This document shows, piece by piece, positions 39,192 through 46,563 of a stretch of 47,036 bases of DNA; the stretch's first letter is position 1; each line of letters opens with the position of its first letter. The DNA is from a virus. Lineage: Duplodnaviria > Heunggongvirae > Uroviricota > Caudoviricetes. Below the pieces are notes generated by a model that worked only from the letters and a program-made list of their open reading frames with translations, was not told the origin of the DNA and did not search any database. Location of the stretch: positions 104,834 to 151,869 of the IMG/VR virus record IMGVR_UViG_3300007609_001205; one strand, written 5' to 3'. The position numbers and the translations under genes are program-made.

Positions 39192-39265
39192 GGCACCGTA
39201 ACTCAGTCTGGTAGAGTGGTCCCCTGAAGAGGGAAGGGTCGTTGGTTCAAATCCAACCGGTGCCA
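39192..39265 (+). tRNA. tRNA-Phe(GAA), G37 variant
   Basis: GTCCC-CTGAAGA-GGGAA; full acceptor and T arms. Confidence 0.9.
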
Positions 39266-39280
39266 CAGAAAATATTAAAT

Positions 39281-39355
39281 GCAGGAGTAGCTCAGCCTGG
39301 TCAGAGCAACGGTCTCCAAAACCGTGTGTCGGTGGTTCGAATCCATCCTCCTGTG
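39281..39355 (+). tRNA. tRNA-Trp(CCA)
   Basis: ACGGT-CTCCAAA-ACCGT; canonical arms. Confidence 0.93.
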
Positions 39356-39369
39356 CAAAAAAAAATAGA

Positions 39370-39411
39370 ATGAGAATGAAAACTAAACGGAAATATAAAC
39401 AGTTTAGTTAG
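39370..39411 (+). CDS. Lys-rich leader peptide 2 (MRMKTKRKYKQFS)
   Basis: 4 AAA codons in 13; stop overlaps hairpin 39405-39434; precedes two tRNA-Lys genes and lysS. Confidence 0.55.
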   Translation: MRMKTKRKYKQFS

Positions 39412-39439
39412 ACTTGATGAAAAGAGTCTAACTACATTA

Positions 39440-39532
39440 GGCTCTGTCGTATAGCGGCCATTACACCTCCCTTTTAAGGAGATGAGGTAATCAAGTCCTC
39501 GACCGTGGGTTCGAGTCCCACCAGAGCCACCA
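39440..39532 (+). tRNA. tRNA-Lys(TTT) with long variable arm and encoded CCA
   Basis: CCTCC-CTTTTAA-GGAGA; 22-nt variable region with GAGG/CCTC stem; ACCA end. Confidence 0.85.
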
Positions 39533-39616
39533 GCGTTTGTGGGTGAGTGGTCGAAACCAATAGTCTCTTAAACTATCTCCGTAAGGACATCGCAGGTCCG
39601 AATCCTGCCAAACGCA
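39533..39616 (+). tRNA. tRNA with Lys(CTT) anticodon on a class II (Leu/Ser/Tyr-like) body
   Basis: ATAGT-CTCTTAA-ACTAT; D-arm GGT-GAGTGGTCGAA-ACC; variable arm CTCCGTAAGGACATC; T-loop TCCGAAT; A73. Confidence 0.85.
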
Positions 39617-39669
39617 CATCGAACCCATAATGTGTATATTAAGGCACTTACATTCACAATATATACATT

Positions 39670-40617
39670 ATGGAATATTATGAAGAAATACAAAAATACT
39701 ATGATGATGGACATACAATTGCGGAAACATGTTTAAAATTCAATATAAGTGAGAGTAAAGCATATCGGGCATCAAAAAGAGGACAACTAAAATTTAGAAG
39801 TCTGAGTGAAGCGATGAAAATATCATGTAAAAAGAAACCTAGAAAGCATACAGATGAAACAAAAGAAAAACTAAGTAAGATACGTAAAGAATATCTTCGA
39901 AAAAATCCAAATAAAGTCCCATACCTATTAAACCACAGTAGTAAAGGATCGTATCCGGAAAAATACTTTACTGAGGTATTTAAAAGGGAAGGATTAGATG
40001 TTGTTAAAAAATTTAGAGTTTCTTTATATGAACTTGACTTTTCTATACCACATAAAAAGATAGATATTGAAATAGATGGGAATCAACATTATGATGATAT
40101 TAAAATAGTTGAAAGTGATATTAGGAGAAATGAATTTCTCGAAACAGAAGGATGGGATGTAATACGTATAAATTGGTCAAACTATCAAAAATTAAATTAT
40201 AAAGAGAAAAATATGTTCATAAATGACCTCAAATCTTATGTAAATAATTTAAGTGAAATCAAACCAACCATAACCACTAAACCAAGTATGAGAGGAAAAA
40301 ATTTATGTGAATGTGGTGGATTAAAAACAAAAAAATCTAAACTATGTAAAATATGTAGGCACGAAAACTCTAAAAAAAGAGATATTAAATCTTATAAATC
40401 AGAACGTAGAAAAAAATATAAATGCAATTCTTGTGGGAATAAATGTACAAATAAAAATAAACGATGTCGTAAATGTTACGAGATTGATAATAGAAAGGTT
40501 ACCGACCGACCAAGCAAAGAATCACTCATAAAAGATATTGAAAACATAGGATATTCTGCAACGGGTCGAAAGTATGGTGTTAGTGATAATACTATACGAA
40601 AATGGATTAAGAATTAA
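39670..40617 (+). mobile_element. free-standing homing endonuclease-like gene (NUMOD3-like + Vsr/DUF559 nuclease + Zn ribbons + HTH)
   Basis: KHTDETKEKLSKIRK; ELDF..IEIDGNQH..D..RNEFLE..GWDVIRI; CECG, CKIC, CNSC, CRKC; ATGRKYGVSDNTIRKW. Confidence 0.8.
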
Positions 40618-40632
40618 TTAAAATCACAAATA

Positions 40633-41832
40633 ATGGAAACACTAAATTTTAGAATTTTAAACATCAGATTGCACGGTAGGTCAGCCTTTATGGATGTTCT
40701 AACCAACGGTGAAAACTTACAGTGTTATATAAACTCACAAGTTGAAAACTTCACCGAGATAACAGAACTACCAAATGGTTCTCACCTTGGCTGTCGTGGA
40801 GAATACTTCACAACAAGAACAGGACACTACACATTCAGAATACTTGAAGCAGACATTCTGAATATTCCCAACAGACCATTACCTGTTGTTCAAAATGATG
40901 GTGAAACACTGTATAACATAACAACTGATAGAGAAGATATCCGAAGAAGAAGATATCTGAACACTATACTCAATCCAAATGAAAGAGATATATTTGTTAC
41001 TCGATCAAGACTTATCTCTTTGATAAGAAACTTCTATAATGACAATGGTTATATGGAGGTAGAAACACCTATCTTACAACCAGTATATGGTGGTGCAGAG
41101 GCAACTCCATTCACTACACATTTCGAATCACTTGATATGGATTGTTATATGAGAATTGCACCTGAATTGTATCTTAGAAGAATGATCATTGGTGGTTATG
41201 ATAGAGTTTTCGAGATAGGTAGAAATTTTCGAAATGAAGGGATTTCTTCTCGACACAATCCAGAATTCACTGTTATGGAATCATATACTGCATATGAGGA
41301 TTATAACTTCAGTATGGACATGGTTGAAAACATTCTTTTGGGAATTCATAATGAATTTGGAACCGTTACATACAATGGGAATGAAATAGATTTCTCAAAT
41401 GTATCAAGAATATCATTCGTGGAATCAATTGAAAGATACTATGGTGAAACAGAAAGCCTTTCAGATATTGAATTGAATGAGTTGTTTGAAACACACGTTG
41501 AGCCAAATTTGATACAACCAACAATGGTATATGATTACCCATCAAGTATAAGTCCATTGGCACAAGTGAGATCGGACAATGAAAACATTGCCGAAAGATT
41601 TGAACTTTTCATCTCAGGTATGGAAATTGCCAATGCCTATTCAGAACTTAACGATATAACCAGACACGTTGAGAATATTGGAGACGATGACCAAGATTTC
41701 ATTGATGCACTATCATATGGTATGCCACCAACAACCGGTATCGGTATCGGTATCGATAGATTGGTTATGATACTTACTGATAGAACAATCAGAGATGTTA
41801 TCTATTTCCCTATGATGAGAAACCGTTCCTGA
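40633..41832 (+). CDS. lysS: class II lysyl-tRNA synthetase, compact and lysine-free
   Basis: OB-fold N-terminus; EVETPIL, GGAEATPF, RIAPELYL, FRNEG..HNPEF, E.ANAYSELND, YGMPP..GIGIDRLVM. Confidence 0.95.
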   Translation: METLNFRILNIRLHGRSAFMDVLTNGENLQCYINSQVENFTEITELPNGSHLGCRGEYFTTRTGHYTFRILEADILNIPNRPLPVVQNDGETLYNITTDREDIRRRRYLNTILNPNERDIFVTRSRLISLIRNFYNDNGYMEVETPILQPVYGGAEATPFTTHFESLDMDCYMRIAPELYLRRMIIGGYDRVFEIGRNFRNEGISSRHNPEFTVMESYTAYEDYNFSMDMVENILLGIHNEFGTVTYNGNEIDFSNVSRISFVESIERYYGETESLSDIELNELFETHVEPNLIQPTMVYDYPSSISPLAQVRSDNENIAERFELFISGMEIANAYSELNDITRHVENIGDDDQDFIDALSYGMPPTTGIGIGIDRLVMILTDRTIRDVIYFPMMRNRS

Positions 41833-41850
41833 TATTTGAATATATACTGA

Positions 41851-42651
41851 ATGAAGCATATCCGAGAATTTAAAAACCAAGAAACCTTCATAGAATGGTT
41901 AAGTAGAAAGAGTGGAATACAAATAACAGAAGGCGATCCAAGATTCGGGTTGTTTGGGGCAGTTTTCAATTTAGGGGATAAGAGAGTCATCAGACTTTCA
42001 AGAACCCAACACTTAACTTATAAACATATGTTAAATAAAAACATACCGGGTGCTGTAAGGGTATACTCAATGGGCAAAATTAAAATACCCAACAGATATT
42101 TGGACCATTTACCGACTAACATCAGATGTGTGAAATTTGGAATGGATTATAAAATGAAAAGTAATTTTGATAAATTATGCACACGCAATGGTTATGTCTA
42201 TTATACTGTAATGGAAAAGGTTGATATACCCAAGGACCTAGTGTTGAACATAGATCACATATCGGACTCCATTAAACACATGGAAAATGATGAACAACAC
42301 GAAACGGCATATCTTGGTCTGAAACATATATATGATTGCATATATTGGGCAGACGAAGAAGAGGATTATATGAATGTAGTACAAGACCTTTATGATACGA
42401 TATCCAATGATTTCGGACCAAGACAGGCCAAGAAGTTACACATACTAATGGCAGATATAGTGGCATTGTTCAAAAAATTAGTTAAGAATTTTAATTGGGA
42501 TGATATACATTCCGGACAATTTGGATATAACACTAAGGGAGAACTTATTGCATTTGATCTCGATGGTGCAAAATTTGAAGGAGATGGTAGAATCAAAACA
42601 GTTATTAAGGAATGTTTGAACGAAACCAATCAAGTAAAGTCAAAACATTGA
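41851..42651 (+). CDS. protein-kinase-like fold protein
   Basis: GLFGAVF Gly-loop, DDIHSGQ catalytic loop, IAFDLD. Confidence 0.65.
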   Translation: MKHIREFKNQETFIEWLSRKSGIQITEGDPRFGLFGAVFNLGDKRVIRLSRTQHLTYKHMLNKNIPGAVRVYSMGKIKIPNRYLDHLPTNIRCVKFGMDYKMKSNFDKLCTRNGYVYYTVMEKVDIPKDLVLNIDHISDSIKHMENDEQHETAYLGLKHIYDCIYWADEEEDYMNVVQDLYDTISNDFGPRQAKKLHILMADIVALFKKLVKNFNWDDIHSGQFGYNTKGELIAFDLDGAKFEGDGRIKTVIKECLNETNQVKSKH

Positions 42652-42735
42652 ATTATTCACATAGAATACAAAGGAAACTTAAAATTAAAAAGAAATAAAC
42701 CCAAACACTCACCGCAATTGCTCATATATAATAAT

Positions 42736-43917
42736 ATGAAATATATCTTAACATTACTTCTTACACTACCATTCATTTCAATTTCACAATCCGTGACGAT
42801 AGATGGTGGATTTATACGAATGACCGGTGATTCCAGGATCATAATAGTCAATGGTGGTCCGGATGCATTCAGTGTAACATCAAATGGTGGTGGTATAATA
42901 ATGGAAGATGAAAATTCTGTTGTTCAATGGAATGATGTGAACTCAATCGGTACATATATGATACCATTTGCATCTTCCTCAGGTGATACTATTCCATTTA
43001 CTTATGAAATAAGTGATGTTGGTGTGGGTGGTGATAACATAACATTCAATTCACATGAGGTTGCACCGGATAACTTTCCCATGCCAACCGGAGTCCTTCA
43101 TATAACAGATGACTTTGGAACTGACAATGGACCAAGTGTAATAGACCGTTACTGGATAATAACACCAAATGGATACACGACAAAACCAAGGGGGACTTAT
43201 ACATTCACATACGATGACAATGATTGGAATGACCCAACCAATTTCATAAATGAGGCAAACTTAACTGCCCAACGATATAATTCAGATGAAGATAAATGGT
43301 TAGATTGGTTATATGGACCAACTACGAATACCATCACTAACCAACTTACCATAACAATAGCCAACCAATTGGATCAATATTCGGTATGGACATTATCCGA
43401 TATAAATAACCCATTGCCAATAGAACTTGTACGTTTCACGGTTGATTGTGAAAGTAGTGTTGTTACTTGGGTAACTGTAACTGAAACCAATACAAGCCAT
43501 TATATCATACAAGGTTCTGATGATGCATATGAATGGAACGACATTAGAACAGTAGAGGCTGCCGGAAATTCAAATCAAATTTTAAAATACAGTGAAAAGG
43601 TTGATCCATATGGATATTATCGATTACACCAATTTGATGTTGATGGTAGTAACAAATACTCTGACATTCTTTATGGATGTCCGGATTTCGAATCTATAAA
43701 TGTAATTGTTTTCCCCAACCCAAATGATGGAAGGTTTTTCATAAACCATCCGGGTATATATAATATTGAAATATATGATATGGTCGGTAAATTGATATTC
43801 AGTGAAAAAACAGACCAAAGGTTTTATGATATGACACACTTACCGAATGGAAGATATGTTGTGAACATACATAATGAAATAAATATACACACATTCAATA
43901 TGATAAAAATAGATTGA
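42736..43917 (+). CDS. secreted protein with T9SS type A C-terminal sorting domain
   Basis: Start moved to 42736 (MKYILTLLL signal peptide); PLPIELVRF; VFPNP...IYDMVGK...LPNGRYVV. Confidence 0.85.
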   Translation: MKYILTLLLTLPFISISQSVTIDGGFIRMTGDSRIIIVNGGPDAFSVTSNGGGIIMEDENSVVQWNDVNSIGTYMIPFASSSGDTIPFTYEISDVGVGGDNITFNSHEVAPDNFPMPTGVLHITDDFGTDNGPSVIDRYWIITPNGYTTKPRGTYTFTYDDNDWNDPTNFINEANLTAQRYNSDEDKWLDWLYGPTTNTITNQLTITIANQLDQYSVWTLSDINNPLPIELVRFTVDCESSVVTWVTVTETNTSHYIIQGSDDAYEWNDIRTVEAAGNSNQILKYSEKVDPYGYYRLHQFDVDGSNKYSDILYGCPDFESINVIVFPNPNDGRFFINHPGIYNIEIYDMVGKLIFSEKTDQRFYDMTHLPNGRYVVNIHNEINIHTFNMIKID

Positions 43918-43921
43918 TAAT

Positions 43922-45304
43922 ATGAAAAAAATACTAACATTCACACTCTTACTCATAACTACACATTCATTCTCACAGAACTATGTGGGTATCAGTAATG
44001 ATCAAACATTCACACCTGATACAACACTACATATTGACGGTTCATTGAAAGTCGGTCGTACTAATAGTTCCATTGGGAATATTTATTTGGCGAACAAATT
44101 ATATGATATGGACAATTCAAATTATTTTATAGATCCTGGTGCAGCAAGTCGGGTGAATGGCTTGGATTTGGACATAGGGAGCACAACAACTAATAGTGTA
44201 TATTTTTCCAATAATACAAGAACCGGCATTTACCAACCCACAATCCATAGTATAGGATTTTCTGTGGATGGAACTGAAGCAATTAGAATAACAGATAATA
44301 GAAATTTAGAATTGAATGGTAATGATATAAGAGGCGTAGAACAACTTCATTTCACAAATGGGGAAGTGTATATTGATGGTAATAATGGAGATATTGGACA
44401 AGTTATCAAATCTGATGGGGATATGGTGTATTGGGATGACATCTCCCCAATAAAAGCTGAGTCTATTTTTGAAACTCTTTCAGGTAGTGGGGGGGTTCTG
44501 TGGTCACATCCCGATGGGATTTATGTTTATATCGCCCCTGATGATAAATTAATACGAGTTGATAATACAGTATCCACTGATAACTGGAGTGTTTTTATAA
44601 GTGGTAGATCCACTGATTCATCTGATGAAATTGTTACAATATCTGATAATATTTCTAGTGGGAATAATGTCGAGTTGGATATATCAGGGTCGCCATGTGG
44701 CACAGAAGAGGTTTGGATAAATGAGATTCACTATGATAATTCTGGAACTGATACATTAGAGGGTGTTGAAATTGCCGGTGTTACCGGGACAGATTTATCG
44801 GGTTGGACCATTTACTCATACAGTGGGGCAGATGGGTTAATTTATTCACAAACAAGCCTAAATGGAATAATACCAAATGAATCAAATGGAATTGGTGCAA
44901 TGTGGTTTGGAATACTCGGACTACAAAATGGTTCTCCAGATGGACTTGTTTTACATGACGGAACAAGTGTTGTTATGTTTATCAGTTATGAGGGTACATT
45001 CACTGCAAATGATAGTGTTGCGGTTGGAATGACATCAACCGATATTGGTGTTTCCCAGTCACCTAATGAAGACATAGATCAAACTTTACAATTAACCGGT
45101 TCAGGTCTGTCTTATTCAGATTTCACTTGGTCTGTTCAAAGCAACAGGAGTGATGGAAACTTGAACGATGGACAGAATATAAACACATGTAATAGAAATG
45201 GTGGGTTTACTATACATGCTGGTAATAATACATCCGGTATTGGGTTTACTCTACACTGCACATTTACTGATAACACATTCATTGGTTTGGTACAACACTG
45301 GTAA
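43922..45304 (+). CDS. secreted beta-rich protein with lamin-tail-like domain
   Basis: Signal peptide MKKILTFTLLLITTHSFSQ; WINEIHYDNSGTD..EGVEIAG..GTDLSGW. Confidence 0.7.
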   Translation: MKKILTFTLLLITTHSFSQNYVGISNDQTFTPDTTLHIDGSLKVGRTNSSIGNIYLANKLYDMDNSNYFIDPGAASRVNGLDLDIGSTTTNSVYFSNNTRTGIYQPTIHSIGFSVDGTEAIRITDNRNLELNGNDIRGVEQLHFTNGEVYIDGNNGDIGQVIKSDGDMVYWDDISPIKAESIFETLSGSGGVLWSHPDGIYVYIAPDDKLIRVDNTVSTDNWSVFISGRSTDSSDEIVTISDNISSGNNVELDISGSPCGTEEVWINEIHYDNSGTDTLEGVEIAGVTGTDLSGWTIYSYSGADGLIYSQTSLNGIIPNESNGIGAMWFGILGLQNGSPDGLVLHDGTSVVMFISYEGTFTANDSVAVGMTSTDIGVSQSPNEDIDQTLQLTGSGLSYSDFTWSVQSNRSDGNLNDGQNINTCNRNGGFTIHAGNNTSGIGFTLHCTFTDNTFIGLVQHW

Positions 45305-45350
45305 ATATGCATCCCCTATATTAAATACATAGAGAAATTATTTATTATAT

Positions 45351-45735
45351 ATGCCGGGAATAATATCACCACACACTAATTTAGGATAAGTGCCTTTACC
45401 TGCCACGAGAAGTTCAAATTTAATATTAGACCAAAACGGGAAATTAACCATATTGAGAAGTAATGGTTCGTCTGAACAAATAAGTGCAACTGGTGGAGTA
45501 TATGGATCTGGGCCAATTGGACCAACCAGACCTAAAAGGAGCAACTGGTTCTAACGGAATTTCCACCCTATTATATGAAATGGCATATGAAACATTCTAC
45601 AATGGATTTTCATTTTCGACATTAACACCACCATATTACAAGATAACAGGTTTTCAAACAGACGGATTCATTGGTTATCGTATTACCAACTTCTTAAACA
45701 TTTTGGTATATAAAAAACATATCATATATTTGTAA
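45351..45735 (+). pseudogene. decayed collagen-repeat (fibre-like) gene
   Basis: MPGIISPHTNLG*VPLP...GPIGPT, then frameshift into KGATGSNGISTLL... Confidence 0.5.
45702..45732 (+). promoter_or_regulatory. Bacteroidota primary-sigma promoter for the His leader/hisS
   Basis: TTTG (45702-45705) - 19 nt - TATATTTG (45725-45732). Confidence 0.75.
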
Positions 45736-45736
45736 T

Positions 45737-45781
45737 ATGAACATGAGCACACATACCCATCAAAGAACACATTATATGTGA
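45737..45781 (+). CDS. His-rich attenuator leader peptide 3 (MNMSTHTHQRTHYM)
   Basis: 3 CAT codons (45752, 45758, 45770); alternative start at 45743. Confidence 0.8.
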   Translation: MNMSTHTHQRTHYM

Positions 45782-45820
45782 TCGGGAAAGTTGTGTTAAG
45801 TATAATTAGCAAACCCGATT
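45780..45820 (+). promoter_or_regulatory. antiterminator helix overlapping the leader stop
   Basis: GATCGGG (45780-45786) pairs with CCCGATT (45814-45820). Confidence 0.7.
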
Positions 45821-45835
45821 TATTCGGGTTTTTTT
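45811..45835 (+). terminator. intrinsic terminator upstream of hisS
   Basis: AAACCCGA-TTTAT-TCGGGTTT followed by T-run. Confidence 0.9.
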
Positions 45836-45860
45836 ATGTCCAAAAATTAAATATTAGAAA

Positions 45861-46517
45861 ATGAAAAACGAAATTAAATTAGAATCAACATACAAGGGTA
45901 CACGAATATTATGTGGGGAAATTGCAACCTATAAAAGAAAACTAATAAATGAAATGGTTGATAAAGTCACAGAGAAAGGATTCACAGAAGTAATGATACC
46001 TATAATCCAAAAACAAGACACTTTCCTTTCGAAAGTCGGTGATGAAAACCAAAAGATGATGTACTCGTTCAAAGACCGTGGGAATAGGGATCTCTGCCTT
46101 GCACCCGAATACACTGCCGTTGTTCAAAAATTGGCGAAAGAGGAATTTATATTTGGTAAAGGGAAACCTATGCCCGATGTAAAGTTATTTTACATTTCAG
46201 AATGTTTCCGAGGAGAGAACTCACAGAAAGGGAGATACCGACAATTTACACAATTTGGAGTGGAAATATTAAACCCCACAAAAGATTATTCTGACTACCT
46301 TTTGAATCTTGCAACTGAACTTATTTCTATGGTTACTCCGGATTATGAATATGATAAAGAGACAAGGAGGGGTCTTGATTATTATACCGAGGGAAAGGGG
46401 TTTGAAGTATCTTGCACTGAACTAGGGGCACAGAAACAGATATGTGGTGGTGGATCGTATGATGGTGGGATTGGATTTGCATTGGGTATTGATAGACTTA
46501 TATTAATTAAAGATTGA
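45861..46517 (+). CDS. hisS: minimal histidyl-tRNA synthetase (catalytic core only), histidine-free
   Basis: KGTR, motif 1 FTEVMIPII, LAPEYT, motif 2 FRGE..QKGRYRQFTQ, RGLDYY, GGGSYDG, motif 3 GFALGIDRL; no anticodon-binding domain. Confidence 0.88.
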   Translation: MKNEIKLESTYKGTRILCGEIATYKRKLINEMVDKVTEKGFTEVMIPIIQKQDTFLSKVGDENQKMMYSFKDRGNRDLCLAPEYTAVVQKLAKEEFIFGKGKPMPDVKLFYISECFRGENSQKGRYRQFTQFGVEILNPTKDYSDYLLNLATELISMVTPDYEYDKETRRGLDYYTEGKGFEVSCTELGAQKQICGGGSYDGGIGFALGIDRLILIKD

Positions 46518-46563
46518 ACACTGTGTTTACACCAATCGATTTTAATATATACAACAAATAAAC

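Larger units (their letters stand above)
1292..46551. promoter_or_regulatory. dispersed candidate phage late-promoter motif TAATATATA (14 exact copies noted)
   Basis: Minus: 1292-1300, 5400-5408, 11795-11803, 20392-20400, 36860-36868. Plus: 16446-16454, 21411-21419, 26259-26267, 27494-27502, 33096-33104, 35672-35680, 35927-35935, 38575-38583, 46543-46551. Each is 4-24 nt upstream of a correctly oriented ATG; resembles the T4 late promoter TATAAATA. Confidence 0.65.

Noticed and set aside
38534-39266. Minus-strand ORFs 38534-38734, 38697-38921, 38974-39186, 39021-39266
   Set aside because: Antisense to the leader, terminator and tRNA genes; typical spurious translations of tRNA.
39405-39434. 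Intrinsic terminator after leader 2
   Set aside because: The hairpin is real but has no downstream U-tract on the + strand; kept only as a switch candidate.
40633-41832. EpmA/PoxA (EF-P lysyl ligase) instead of LysRS
   Set aside because: An N-terminal OB-fold anticodon-binding domain is present, which EpmA lacks.
446-46127. Numerous short ORF-track entries nested in or antisense to long genes (e.g. 446-751, 3892-4182, 7538-7930, 13544-13930, 45929-46127)
   Set aside because: They overlap well-supported genes and have no motif, promoter or coupling evidence.
45861-46517. HisZ or a truncated hisS pseudogene
   Set aside because: Catalytic Arg motifs are retained, the ORF is clean with internal as well as terminal domain loss, and it has an intact dedicated attenuator. 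A HisZ-like role is not formally excluded.
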